A stretch of DNA of 64,000 bases from Octopus sinensis. Its lineage: Eukaryota. Shown here piece by piece: positions 38,040 to 52,211 of the stretch. A model generated the notes under the pieces. The model was not told the origin of the DNA. It searched no databases and saw only the letters and a program-made list of their open reading frames with translations. Location: the NCBI RefSeq assembly GCF_006345805.1, contig NC_043008.1, forward strand, positions 50,592,001-50,656,000, read 5' to 3'. Position numbers and translations under genes: made by a program. Every line of letters starts with the position of its first letter. Position 1 is the first letter of the stretch.

Positions 38040-39154
38040 TCTGTGAGAAAAAAACAGCACCACGACACAATTCACTCTGCCAGAAATTTGGAAACGATAT
38101 GCTGTACTGCATGTCATTCATGCTGGAAGCTCCAATATGAACAGATGGTGAACACACAGAATCACTGTCGGCTTGCCATGTCCCCAAAACATGCACTGAG
38201 AGTGACAATAATCAAACATCCAATCAACATCATGGTGTTTGGAGTGACCACTAGTGATGACGACACTATGCCTCCATACCTATTTCTTTACTACACACAA
38301 GGGGCTAAACACAGAGAGGACAAACAAGGACAGACAAACGGATTAAGTCGATTATATCGATCCCAGTGCGTAACTGGTACTTATTTAATTGACCCCGAAA
38401 AGATGAAGGCAAAGTCAACCTCGGCGGAATTTGAACTCAGAATGTAGCGGCAGATGAAATACCTATTTCTTTATTACCAACAAGGGGCTAAACAAGGATA
38501 GACATAGGTATTAAGTCGATTACATCAACCCAAGTGCATAACTGATACTTAATTTATCGACCCCGAAAGGATGAAAGGCAAAGTCGACCTTGGCGGAATT
38601 TGAACTCAGAACGTAGCGGCAGATGAAATACCGCTAGGCATTTCGCCTAGCGTGCTAATGATTCTGCCAGCTCGCCACCTTATACTATGCCTCCATACCA
38701 TCTTCCCACACAGATGCACATTAACATCCTCCAGGCATATCAAGTGCTTGGAGGTAGTGCTGCCCTGGGTCAAGAGGGTGGCTGCTGGAAGACCCTATGT
38801 CTGGCAACAGGACTCTGCACCATGCCAAACAAGCAGGAGAACCCAGTCATGGTCGTCAGACAATTTCTGCGACCACATCACCCCTAACATCTGGCCACCT
38901 AACTCCCCAAACTGCAACCCCTTTGATTATTATATGTTGGGCACAGTTGAGCGAGAGACCAACAAAACCCATTTGTGACACCTAAGATGAACTGAAGGCA
39001 AGGATTATGGCAGCATTCACCAACTTAAATTTACCCCTTAGTATTTTAAGATATTTTTACACAGTTTTGGTAAATATATCTGTTAAAAAAATGAGATGCC
39101 AATGTTACTTTCATTTTTGTTTAATTTAAATGACAGTTTACTCATCGCACCCTG
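38040..39154 (+). mobile_element. Internally deleted Tc1/mariner element (WPPNSPD-type), interrupted by a SINE
   Basis: KHPINIMVFGVTTSDDDTMPP, then VLPWVKRVAAGRPYVWQQDSAPC...WPPNSPNCNPFDY; right terminus CACCCTG|TA at 39148-39156. Confidence 0.9.
38281..38683 (-). mobile_element. Nin-domain SINE dimer inside mariner, single 16-bp TSD
   Basis: ACTATGCCTCCATACC at 38265-38280 and 38684-38699; one truncated and one full-length copy head-to-tail. Confidence 0.9.
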
Positions 39155-40689
39155 TATATATGTTCGTGTGTGTCTATATATATATAAAAAAATAAATGCA
39201 CCCTTTTTAAAGCCTAGCCAGGCTTATGGGCCTGGTTTCCATGGCGTATGTGTTCCCCAGCTGGACGGGACACCAGTCCATCACAGCGTTACTCATTTTT
39301 GCCAGCTGAGTGGACTGGAGCAACGTGAAATGAAGTGTTTTGCTCAAGAACATAATGTGTCGCCTGGTCCAGGAATCGAAACCACAATCTTACGATCATG
39401 ATGCTGACACCCTAACCACTAAGTCATGTGCCTCCACATACACACACACACATATATATATATAGGTTAGTGTGTGTCTATACATGTGTGAATATATTTG
39501 GCTATAAATCTTTCTCCTACAGTCCAAATATAAAGTATATCTGTTTGTAAGTGGTGCAAAATATGCCCCATTTCCTATTCAAAGATTTTGAAATGAACTT
39601 GGACTTTGCTCTCCATGGAGAAGTGAAAGGAAGAAGCATTCATGTTGACAAGCATGTACACTGCAATTTCTTCCAACCGCACTGCCAAAACTCATGTCAG
39701 GTAGCTTTTAACAGGAGTACTGTGCTTTCTTTGTCTGCACAGTTTGTTCCTTATATATTGTAGGACAGACTCTGATGGAACAACAATCATTATCTTAGTC
39801 TGTTTTCCATGCTGGCATGAGTTGGACGGTTTGACTGAAACTTGGTATGGTGGAGAGCTGCCACAGGCTCCAATCTGTTTTGGCTTGGTTTCTATGGCTG
39901 GATGCCCTTCCTGATACCAACCACTCCATAGAGTGTAGAGGGTGCCTTATATGTGTCACCAGCACAGATACCTTTTACATGTCACTGGCCACAACAATGA
40001 TTTCACTTAACTTGGTGTGACCTCTCAAGCACATCAAATTGCCAAAGGTCTCAGGTGCTTGACATCACCACAGTCAGACTCAGCAACTGAAGATTATACT
40101 TCACCACCTCATCCTATATCTTCCTGGGTCTACCTCTTCTACAGGTTAACCTCCAATGTTTTTGCAAAAGGATCATACAGGAACAGTTTGAAAAAACATT
40201 TTAAGTGTTGTGCATCCTTACTTTGTGCAGGTTGAGGAAGACCACTAATGTGACATGCAGCAGTTGTTTGACTGAAATAAACCCACTGCCCATTTTCACC
40301 AAATGGACTGCATGCTGTTGAATGCTGGGATATTTTCATGAATGAGTAAGACAAAAAAGAAAGTACAGAGTCTCATTGCTGCTGAAGTGCTGTTCTTGCC
40401 AGAAGTGTGTTAACTTTACTGCAGTTCTTTTAGCCAATCTGAGCAAACATTGCACAATTAGATCCTCAGATGACATATTCACTTAACTTTGATGAAATGC
40501 AAAACTCGAAATCGATGTGTACAACATCTGTGACCAAATGATGATGTCCAACTAAGCCATGGAAGCTTCTGTCTTCTGGTGTTCTTCAGTACAAAACATA
40601 ACCATTTTCACCATTTGGCATATTTTTTTTCTTCCATTTAAAGTGAATTCCTGTTGAGGGCTAATGACCATATCCATGGCTGGAGCAAG

Positions 40690-43025
40690 ATTCCAGCCAG
40701 ACAGGTGATATGGTCATAAAACAGCGAGACAGACAGAGCTATAACAGCAGAGAATTATATCAGGTAACAACAAAGCAAGCTAAGCGGCAGATTTATTTAG
40801 TAAGAGGTAAAACAGAACACGAGGGGCTTGTTGATATTTTACAATGTGAGGACCAGCAGAATGAAGTGTTCTGGATTGCAAGACAGTGTATCTAAAGAAA
40901 TCATGAAATTGTGGGTGGATGGATAATGGTACTCTTGGATTTAATGTTTCTATGATGATGATGAAAAGGAAGTGCTATTACGAATGGCTGTTAAATGTGG
41001 GAAATGCATATAAGGGTTTTCTCAACACAGACTCAAGAAGGGGGCCAGCCATTCTAGAAGGCTTTAGCATGATGTAGAAAGCAAAGAAAGTTCCTGATCC
41101 AGCAGGAATTACCATTCAGATGTTTAAAATGTGTGATGGAGCAGGATATGAGTGAGTTACCCATATTGTCAATCAGGTTGCACAGAAAGATATCACGTCC
41201 AATGACTGACATAGAAGCATTGTAGTCAAACTGTTACAAGGGTAAAAAAAGATGCATTGGAGAGAGAGTTAATTGCAGTGGTATCAAATTGCTGGACCAA
41301 GTCATGAAAGTCACAGAAAGAGTTATAACTCAAATGATAAGGGAGAGAGTTGGTGTAGATGGGATGCAGTCCAGTCATGTGCCAGAAAGAAGTCCTGATA
41401 CCATCTTCCAAGTGAGAAATACTAAGATAAAGGTGAGCAACTGTACCTAGTATTTGTCAACCTGGAGAAAAGCCTTTGACAGAGTCTGTCACTTGGTGAT
41501 AGGACGTGCATTGATTAAGTTGGGAGTAGAAGAATGGCTTGTGAGAATCATACAATCCAGGTATGGGGATGTTGTCAGCAAGGTGAGAGTTAGCAATGAG
41601 TAGTGATGAATTTAGTGAGCAGGTATTCCGTCAGGACCCAGTGTTGATAAATAGGTGACTGAGTACTGAGCCCTGGCCATAGCATAGGAGATTAAAACTG
41701 GACGCCTCTGGGAATTCCTATATGATGATGGCCTTTGTTCTTAGAGCTGAATCTGTGGTAGGATTAAAGAAGAAATTTCAGGTATGGAAGGAAAACCTGG
41801 AATCAAAAGACTAAGCTTAGCAAAGACTGAAGTATTAATACATAGCAAAAGAGACAGGGCAGCCCTGCAACCATAAGGAAACAGGCTTTGCTCAATGTGT
41901 AGAAATCCAATATGGTGTACCAAATGCACACTAAAGAGATGCAGTGGGATCATGAGCAGTTAAAGATGCTCAGATGCAATAAACACTAAGAGTGCATGAG
42001 AAACAGATGCTCTCAAGCGCCCAGGAGGACCCCTAGAAATCGTAGATGGTTTCTGATATTCAGAAAACTTAATTAGCAGTAGTAGAGGATATTCTAAAAG
42101 CACAGTAGCTGATATAAGAACAGTTTGTATAAGGTTCACGAAGCTGCATCTGTTGGTAACAAGGCACACTGTATGATGCTTGTCTTTGAAACAGCAATGC
42201 TTCATGGCAGGTAGTAAGATGTGGGCTGTGAATGTAGAGAACCTTGCAAAGATTAGAAAGAAATTACCATAAATCCTCAAGTATAACCTGCATTTTTGAC
42301 CCAAAATTTAAAGGTCAAAATCCCTAGTGTGTACTATATATGAGGTTAAAAACGAAAATTATTTTCTAAGCAATGTCTGAGTCTCTATTTGCTGTCCGGC
42401 AATGTTTATTCAGATGATTTTGTGAATCATCCATAACTTGCAGTAAGCAACATTTATTAAACGTTATTACTGTTATTTCTTTATTTTCTGCAAACAAAAT
42501 GCACAAAAAAGCTACACGTTTGCATTATGTTATATATACAATAATAATAAAGGACGTTACCGTATACAGTATTACAACCCAAGGACGTTATATAGACCTC
42601 CTTGACTCAAGTTAGAGAAGAGGGTGCATATTATACACAAGGTTTAGGTTTTTCAGAGGCACAGCCCCCTAAAAATCCCCTGCGTATTATACTCGAGGAT
42701 TTACGACAAGCAAATGTGTTCTGTTGGATGTACTATGTCAGAGTGTGCATGAAGGACAAAGTACAGTTGTTAAGCATGAGGGGAATCAGATGTAGTGTGG
42801 AAGAGAAAAGATTTTACTGATTCGGGAATGTGTTGTGTATGGATGAAGATAGTTGTGTAAACAAGTGCCAATTGCTTGCAGTGGATGGAACCTAGAATAG
42901 GGAAACCCAGAAAGATGTGAGATGAAGTGGTGTAAGTTGAGCTTAGAATGTTGAGCCTCATGGAGGGAATGACAAGGGACCAAGAAGATTGGTGATATGC
43001 AGTGCATTGAGAAGACCTGACTTGC
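40690..43025 (+). mobile_element. Decayed RTE-clade LINE (linker, RT, 3' end)
   Basis: RQIYLVRG...EVFWIARQC, GIKLLDQVMKVTERV, LYLVFVNLEKAFDRV, WEFLYDD (decayed YADD), MDEDSC. Confidence 0.85.
42267..42706. mobile_element. Tc1/pogo-type MITE inserted into the LINE
   Basis: 19-bp imperfect TIRs CCATAAATCCTCAAGTATA / TATACTCGAGGATTTACGA, preceded by TA; LINE frame resumes afterwards. Confidence 0.7.
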
Positions 43026-43613
43026 TATGAAAGCATAATGTGAATGCACACAATTGAGGTTCTTGAAACATGTATATGCACACAACTGGGTCCCTCACCC
43101 TGTGTCTTTGCCAAGACTGTAACTTGCTGTTGTTTCACCCCTCTTCTCCTTACCCCATTCACCCAGACAACTGAGTCCCACCCCTGAATTACTGCCTATT
43201 AACATCCATCCCTCATTCTTACTGTCACCTGCACCTAGATTTACCATCATTTCTGACATTGGTTACCACCATCCCTGCTTTACTCATCTCCCACTCTTCC
43301 TCCACACCCTTGCAATCTTTAGCCCTGCCTTTCATCTTCCTATTGTTTAATCCCTTCATCACTCTCCTATCTAAAGCATTATTCTGTTGCTGTAAATAAT
43401 GAAATTACAGTCTATTGCTATGTTTTATATCACAGTTTCTGTACTGCCAGTCACCACTTCCTCTCCGCTAAGCTAGTCCCAATTGACATCCACCCACCAT
43501 TTTTATACCCCCCACCCCTACTTAGATTTACCATCGATCACCACTCTACTCCTGTTTCACTATTCACATACACATCTGACCACCTCCAACCCATGTTTAT
43601 ATCCATCTCTCAC

Positions 43614-43781
43614 TACGTTCTGAGTTCAAATTCCGTCGAGATCGACTTTGCCTTTCATCCTTTTGGGGTCGATAAATTAAGTACCAGTTACGCACTGGGG
43701 GTTGATGTAATCGACTTAATCTGTTTGTCTGTCCTTGTTTGTCCCCTCTGTGTTTAGCCCCTTGTGGGTAGTAAAGAAACA
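43614..43781 (+). mobile_element. 5'-truncated Nin-domain SINE with TSD
   Basis: TATATCCATCT(C/T)TCAC duplicated at 43598-43613 and 43782-43797. Confidence 0.8.
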
Positions 43782-44486
43782 TATATCCATCTTTCACCTC
43801 ACACTCTTACAACATTACCCACCTCTGCCGATCCTCCTGTCTCCATGTTTCCTTCCATTCCAACATGTTACCTTGAGGGTATGTCCAAGCACCCTACCAC
43901 CACCAAATTTACCTTCTTCGTGCCACTCAAGTCACCCACATCCACCCATGTAAAATGCAAAACAGCCACGAATCACCTCCACAACAAACCGGTCTCTAGT
44001 CCTCTCACCATACATTAACCTCTCGACAGCTTGCATCCAGTAACCACTCTATTATCTATTCTCCCTTTCAGGTGAGCAATCTCTTCAGTCTGGCGAGTTA
44101 CAAGGTATTTGCAGGAATGCTGGGGCCCCGAAAATAGTGCCTTGTATGCTCTGTAAAAGTGGTTGGCCTTCGGAAAGATACACAGCCATAGAAACCATGC
44201 CAAAACAGACACTGGAGCAAGAAGCTGTACTCTCACCTGTTGGAGCCTGTATAATCTCCCAACCCATGCCAGCGTGGAAAGCGGACGTAAAAATGATAAT
44301 GAAAGAATGTGTGTCATGTGTGTGCGTGCGCGTCACCGACATATGCAATACATGCTACATAATATATACATACACATACATATATACACACACACACACG
44401 TCATAGATATGCAATTTATGGTGTGTGTGTGTGTGTATATATATTGTCAGCCCGTCCTGGGTAATAAAGAAATTGAGTATGTATGA

Positions 44487-44529
<43 letters not shown>

Positions 44530-44569
44530 AATATATGCCAGACATACAATATATATAAACATTTGCAAC

Positions 44570-44606
<37 letters not shown>

Positions 44607-45319
44607 GGTATATATGCCACACACGCCATATATATATATATATAAATATATGACATACATAAAATTTAGGAGCAGAACTGCATCTACCGTTCCGCCAAAG
44701 CCGCACTGTACAGGTTTTGGTCCTTTTTGTTTGTTATTTATTTCTCTTTGACAAGCCAAACCGAACATGCTGTAGAAAGACAGTTCGGGATACATGGTTA
44801 GACTGACAACGTGGCGAGCTAAGAATTATGTCAGAAGATACAATACCACCGAGAATTACCCCGACACCCAGCTCTTAAAACATAATGTCGACAGCTAAAC
44901 AGCAGACAACCCCCTCAAGTAAAACTAAAGAATTTTACATAACCCCTACAATATACACATACGCGTATATATATATATATATAAATATATATATTTATGT
45001 TCACACACCTCTATGTATATTATATCAGGTTTTAGCCATTACGGCCAAATATATAAGCATATATATATGTATATATATACATACATACATACATACATAT
45101 ACTCTGTACGCATTTATTGATGTCTATGAGAATTCTCTAAACATCAGTTCAAATAATTCTCGTGTCAAATGAAGAATAGCATGGACAATAAACAGATATA
45201 TACACACATATACACATATATATATACACACACATATATATATGTATATATATGATCTGTGATGAATAGAGAGAAGGTTTTTTTCGAAGTAATCTAATGA
45301 TGAGAGATCCAATACTTAC

Positions 45320-45475
45320 CGGTTCACATGAGTGGTCTGTGTCTGAAGAACACGCATAAAACAAGGCGTAGAGGACCTTGTCCAAGGAATCACACAGGTC
45401 ACAAAAACTATACCAAAACCAAAACTAAAACAACTCAACTCACTCAGACATCTTATTTATTCCGCCATGTTGTTT
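45320..45475 (-). other. Candidate first (5'UTR) exon of a minus-strand transcript
   Basis: CAACATGGCGG motif at 45472-45462 and donor CCG|GTAAGT (45319-45314); CpG-retaining surroundings; 5' end not defined. Confidence 0.5.
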
Positions 45476-45619
45476 TGCCTTGTTTTCCTTTTCTTTTTTT
45501 TTTTTCTTTTTCTTTTTTCTTTTCCTTTCGGTTTTTCTTTTTCCTGTTTTTATTTTATTTATTTATTTATTTATTTTTATTTTTATTTATTTTATTTGTT
45601 CATTTATTGTGGCATAGCT

Positions 45620-45961
45620 TCCGCCCCGCCGCCGCCACTTTATTTTCTCCTACTCCGCCTCCTCCTCCTCCTGTTTCTTCTCTATTACCGTTTCCTCCTC
45701 CTCCTCCTCCGCCGCCGCCGCCGCCGCCGCCGCAGCCGTCGCCTTCACTTCCTCTTCTATCATATAACCCGCCGCCGCTTTTTTTATTCACTCCCTCCTT
45801 CTCTCTCTCACTACCGTCACCGCCGTCGCCCTAACAAGCTTATGAAGAACGGTCAACGACTAAACACTTCCTGTGTCATACACACGCATGCAAAATACAC
45901 AAACGCATGCACACACACACACGAACGCACACACATACACACACACTGATGTGTGACGTCA
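45620..45961. promoter_or_regulatory. Promoter-like GC-rich region with (CCT)n/(CCG)n and a CRE palindrome
   Basis: (CCG)n at about 45709-45733; TGACGTCA at 45954-45961; adjacent to candidate first exon. Confidence 0.4.
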
Positions 45962-48900
45962 TCTTTCTTCTTTGCTGAAGGAATTGCCATTTAATTTTCT
46001 TAATACTTTCTGAACTAATCAGGTCGATCTTGGACTCTAACATCCTGTTTATACTTTCGCAAAAGTAGTTTTCCTTTTCTCTAGGGACTTTCCATCGGTA
46101 ACTTTATTAGCTTTCACTTTTGCTGCCGTTTTCTTCTTCGATCTTTTAAGTTTTCTTTTCACTTTCGACCGCAATTTCTTAATCCAAGAGAAATCTCCTC
46201 GGAAGATTCTTTATAGATTGGAAAAATCCTTGGGTCATCATTATTCGTCGTGTTTACGATCAGTTGATTTTCCTTGATGCTGAATTTAAGGATGCTCGTG
46301 TTTTTTGTTTAACATAAGGCTGTTTCTGTTGTGTAATAGTATTGTGTACAGGATTACTTTCTTCTTATTAGGAAAAAAAAAGCGATAGTAATCTGGCTAC
46401 AAAGTTGAAATACAGGAAAAGGCTTATGGAACAAAATTCATCTCGGATCACAAGTCATCTTTGCTGAGCACAACTTGTTTGCGTCAGTTTACTACTAGCA
46501 ATCTCAGTACATCAATTAATTCTCCGTGTTTTTCTGCAGTTTTAAATGCTGTCTCTGCTAGCAGGACAATTTTGTATACATTCTAGAGAACCAGCTGTTA
46601 CCCAGTGAACGTTTAGAGTTTGGTAACATGTACCATGCTTTCTCTAATTGTTTTAGGTGCCTATGTAATCACGAGCAGACTAGACATTTTCTCAGCCCAC
46701 CTTTTCTCCCCATCGCTACGTCCGAGGTGTAACAAACAGCTGGAGGGAGAGAGAGAGAGGGTTGCACCCAGTGGTACTCATTTTTAGCTGAGTTGACTGG
46801 AGCAATGTGGAATCAGGTGCATTGCTCAAGAACGTAACGCACCGCCTCTCCAGTTGATCGCGAACCAAATACCCCAAGCCGTAGGCTATGTAACTCCAGA
46901 TTTGGGTATACCTTCACATGTGTGCTCCACCCCACAACTTTGTTGCCTCATAACTTCCAGAAAAGTGGGTATTTTTCAATGAAATTTTTTGCAATTACAC
47001 TTTAGATGGTGTAGGTCCAGATTTATGTTGAAGAAAATATTTCCGATGGTGGGGTGATGAGTTTCGGAAAATTCACAGAAGTTGGATTTGTTTCCTCATA
47101 ACTTTCGGAAAACTAGATATTTTTAAATGAAATTTTCTACAAGTACTTACCAGAGTGTGTAAATTACGATTATATCGGTATTTAATATGAAATAGAAGAT
47201 TCGTGAGTGGACAACACATGCGTTCTGACACATCATAATGGAATAAGAGCTTTATTTGCATATTCAAAACGTTTCCCATAAACATATATATATATCCCTC
47301 TCTCTCTTTCGGAGAGGCACTGAGCACCTACACGCACACATACACACACGGCAGTAACTTCCACCTACCTAATTCAATCACAAAGCTTCGGTTGACTCGG
47401 GGCTATAGCGGAAGACACCTGTCCAAAGTGCCACGCAGTGGGACTGAACCCGAAACCATATAGCCAGGAAGCAAGCTCCCTAACCACACAGATGTATATA
47501 TATAGTAGGGGGTACTCTGAAAGGGGTCTCAGGGAGTAGCATTCCTGCCTTCCAGAGCTAGTTCCACTACATCATGGTAGAGGTCTTGGTCTCAGGACCC
47601 CTCGTGTAGAAACTGAGGTAGAGGGTAAGCAAAGGCATGCTCCCCGTAGAAAATCCAGCGTCAAGAAAGCCTCATGATAGCAAAGGAGGATGGGCACCAG
47701 CCAGCCAGCCAGCCCAATGGTTGGGGTGGGGTGCACCTATCTGCCTTGGTTGCCATGGCATTGACGTAGATCCGGCCACCCCTGTTAACGAGGACAAAAC
47801 CCAGATTTAAAACACTGGATAATGGTGATGATGATACACATAGATAATATATACACAATTCAGGCTGAGTCCCACTGGATGGCATCTTGAACAAGTACCT
47901 CTACTATAGCCCTAGCCTTGCGAGTGGATTTGGTTGACAGAAACAACTGTTACCAGTTTATGAGTGCTGTCCTTCATTTCCAGCCTCCTGGGAAAACATG
48001 TCTTGGCAATGGGGAATATTTCCTCAATTGGAAACCGGTGTGGGTTGGTGACAGGGAGGGCACCTGGCAGTACAAAATTTACTTTGCTGAATTTGGAAAA
48101 TTTTGGTGAAAGCAAATCCTAGCACAACTGTTTAGGAGTTTGCAAGTGTGCTAAGTGCTCAATAAATGGGTGTCGCATGAACTGAACGACCAGAAAAAAT
48201 TGCCATTATGAAAGAAAAACTAAAGTTTGCTAAAGTACAAATGACATGTTATACTCTTAATCCTCTCTGGATTAATCCTAAATGGGAAAAACTAGATATT
48301 CTGTGAAATGGATTCTTAATGTTTTGAAATTCTCTCATGTTTCTTTTAGAAGCTCCTCACAATTGCCTCCAGGTTTTCATATTCTTTAATTAAAAAAAGT
48401 CAGGTTTCAATTCATTGAGAATTATTTGCAAATGTCATTCAGCATGGATAATTCTATGAAGAATATATGTATATATGTATGTGTGTGTGTATGTATGTAT
48501 GCATGTGTGTGTAAGCATGCATGTATGTATATGTGTATGTAAGCATGCATGTATGTGTGTATGCATGCATGTATGTATACGTGTATGTATGACTAGCTCC
48601 TGGCATGTAAAAAGCTTCATCTGAACATGGCTGATGCCAGTACCCCTTAGCTGGACCCTGTGCCAGTGGTACGTAAAAGGCACTATCCGAATGCGATCAA
48701 TACCAGGCCTGCCTGACTGGCTCCTGTGCTGGTTGCACATAAAAAGCACCCACTACGCTCTCGGAGTGGTTGGCATTAGGAAGGGCATCCAGCTGTAGAA
48801 ACATTGGTAGATCAGATTGGAACCTGGTGCAACCACTGGTTCTCCAGACCTCAGTCAAACCGTCTAACCCATGCCAGCGTGGAAAGTGGGCGTTAAATAA

Positions 48901-50725
48901 TGATGATGCTGTATGTGTATATGTATATATGCAAGTATGTATGTGGTGGATTCTCACAATAGATGCAGTTTCGTGTTGAACAACCTGTACATACCTGATT
49001 TGTTTATAGTGATCAAATATTTGTACTGTACTCTATTCATCAAATTAATATTACCTGTACAGGTGCACAACATACCACATGTCAGATGTTCAAGTGATAT
49101 GAAACGAAGTATTTTCCTCAAGAACACAGCACACCGCCCGGTTCAAGAATTGAAACTGCAATCACAAGTGCAAGACCCTAACCACTTGACATGTACCTTC
49201 ACACACACACACACACCACACATATAGTTTACAGATCCAGTATACATAGAATCAACCAAAATAGTACTCTGATCCAGTGAGAAATAAATATCAATTTCAA
49301 TACACAACTGAAGAAGCTACTAATAGTTTCATGCTATTACGTTACTTGAAGAGGCATATTTAGAAAATATGCCATGTATCTTAAAACAATTTTTCAGACT
49401 CTATTTATGCATTATATATATTTTGGCAACAACAAGGATGCTGTTAGGTTGTGAGACTATGGATCTGCAGTTGGGAATCCTTGCTTCAGCAGTGGCAGCT
49501 TGTGTACATTCACTGCGGAACTGCAGCTCCCCCTATTTCCACTCAATATAATGAGACCCTTTTTCTTTACCTCTTTCTTTATACTTGTACATTATATAAT
49601 CCTTAAGCTTAATGTCAGTAGCCATCTCCTAGTTTATGAAAAAAATACAAAAATCCTTGGATAGAACTGTTCGCTTCACAGTTCCAGCGATGCGGTGTTT
49701 GGCTGTTGTGCACATGTCATTCCTTTGCAGTTCTCACAACTTTGATTTTGAGTCTTGCTATAGGATAAACTCAAAACTGAGTTATCAAGTTACTGAGTTG
49801 AAATCACGGCATAGCAACAGCTTTTGAAAACTGTTGTAATGGCTATTTACTCAGCCTGATGGGTAGCACTTAATGTTACTGAGACATGCTGCTACAGTTC
49901 TACATGAACCCATTTTGAATATTCTCTCCTGTCCTGGCAGCTTAATCACAGAGCCTTCTCAATCAAATATTTATAAAAGTACAAAACTATTTTTGTCCAT
50001 TGTGTTGACTTTATTGTTGGAATTTCTAACTCATGAATAACAGGAAAAGTTATTCATGCAATGAAATAAAATTGCTAATTTGCAAAGTGTTGTTACATCA
50101 TTTACTTGTTACAAGTCATTAGCTTACCCTTTCAGCATTCAACCCAGCCATGCCTTGCCCAAATATTCAATACGTTGAAGGCTTAAATCAGAAAATTTAT
50201 ATCAGAGAACCAAGGGTGGTCTCAGGTGGGTTGGTATCAAAACAGTTTAACAACTAAAGAACTTCCTCTGCAAAAAGATTATATAGTTAAGTGCAGGCTA
50301 CCATACCTAATATGTTAAATCAAAAACCATTTTTAATCATCTCGCATACACTGAACTGCAAAATTCAAAGTGATGACATATATATTCATTCTTAATAAGT
50401 CCGAGTAGATTCAAACGTGGCTGTGCTAATCACAGTTGTGTTTCATCAATGGAGATCAATTCCTTTCACATTTGATTCATTCGGGTTGTCTCCCCTTTGC
50501 CAGACGTTTTTCCCGTAAGACTGAAGACGAACAATGATGCTCTTTTACAATCATCACATGCTGTCAAGACAAGGGGGTGCATGTACACATACATATTTCG
50601 TGTATAGATGGTGCTAGGTTCGGACCCACTGTATAACACTTTGGACACCTGTCTTCTTTTATAGCCTTGGGCAGACCAAAGCCTTGTGAGTGGATTTCCT
50701 AGACAGAAACTGTCAGAAGCCCATC

Positions 50726-50772
<47 letters not shown>

Positions 50773-51503
50773 TTCCTTTCGAGCATTGGGCCTCACAGAG
50801 GCAAAGTAGCTGAGTTCCTTTGACAGAGGCAATGACTGAGACCTTTGGCATTATATCGTGGTTGAGAAGACCCATCAAGCCGAGCAAAATCGCAGTTGTG
50901 GCAGATACTGGTGTCACGCAAATTAGTACCCAAGGTGTTAGTAAATAACAGCACGCAGTACACTCTCAGAGGGGTTGGTGTTAGGAAGGGTATCCACGCA
51001 AATGGAAAACCATGCCAAATCAGACCGGAGTCTTGAGCAGCCTTCCAGCTTACCATCCCTGGTCAAACTATCCAACCCATGCCAGCATGGACAACGAACG
51101 TTAAATGATAATGATGATATATATATATATATATAGGCGTCTTTCAGTTTCTGCTTACCAAGTTCACACACAGTGCTTTGGTTGGCCCAAGACCACAGAA
51201 GACACTTGCTCAGTATGCCATGCAGTGGGACTGAACTAGAACCTAAATGTTTGGGAACTAAGCTTCTAAGTCACTCAGCCACGCCTGCGCCTTATTATAG
51301 CCATAATTTCTATTGATTACTTCACTTTTATTTATTTTTTTTCCTCACTGTTCTCTCAATTAAGTATCGTAGCCTGTACTGAACTAAATGCAGATGTGAA
51401 ATTCCCCATTCGTGTGTGTACGAAGTTCATTCACTGCAAGACAAGAGTACATATAGTCCAAGGGGAACAACTCAGGTATATCTACAATGGAAATAAGTAT
51501 ATG

Positions 51504-51715
51504 TGTTGTGTCTGGGGAGAGTCATTTTCTTTTAGTGCCTTATGATGTCTGATTTATTTTTTAATATTTTCGTTGCGTCTTCCAACCTTTTCAAAACTAT
51601 TGAAAAGGTTGCAAGATGCAACGAAAATAAAATAAAAAATAAAGTGGAAATTTTACCAGTGAGTGTTTTAAATTAATAAGGCACTAAAACAAAATGACTC
51701 TCCCCAGACACAACA
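51504..51715. mobile_element. Foldback/MITE-like palindrome of about 210 bp
   Basis: Outer arms TGTTGTGTCTGGGGAGAGTCATTTT..TTTAGTGCCTTAT; inner arms TTTTCGTTGCGTCTTCCAACCTTTTCAA / TTGAAAAGGTTGCAAGATGCAACGAAAA; 5-nt loop at 51595-51599. Confidence 0.85.
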
Positions 51716-52211
51716 GAATATGCTTCAACACACGAACTCACATAAAGAATCTTGTAGACCAAATCCCAAAACGAAATATATACATGTTTGTATTTTTGTG
51801 TTTTATGAATGTAGATTGGACACAAATGGGGGTCAAAATTAACAGGAGCTGTTTGGCAAAAACCTGTTGTAAGACAAGCAAAATTTTCAGAAAGCACAAT
51901 AGAATTTATAGAGGAGCTCAGAAACACAGAGGGCAACTGGTTCAAAACTGTTCCTGATCCACTTCCCCTATAAACTCTGTTGTACTTTCCCAAAATATCA
52001 CTTGTTCCGCCATGATTTTTGGTGAACTAATCACCTGTTTCTCCTTTACCTGCTAACATTTCATGTTTATGTGTTTAAAATTTTCCTGAAGGTAATGGGT
52101 TTGGCTGTGGTCTGATGTGAACTCAGGACAGAAAAAGCCAGAACATCTGCCACAAGGTATTTGTCTGATGCTCTAATAATTCTACCAACTGAAAGCCATA
52201 ATTCTACAAGT

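Noticed and set aside
45328-45949. Poly-Pro/Arg/Gly ORFs of 160-168 aa
   Set aside because: Produced by (CCT)n, (CCG)n and T-rich low complexity; no domain signal
45970-46620. Coding exon or LINE fragment (Lys-rich minus frame; plus frame ..LLSTTCLRQFTTS..)
   Set aside because: Frames are short, bounded by stops, and lack start or splice support
51600-51635. Hammerhead reading of the foldback arms (TTGAAAA-G-GTTGC..GCAAC-GAAA)
   Set aside because: C3 and G8 of the core are wrong in both arms and stem I does not form
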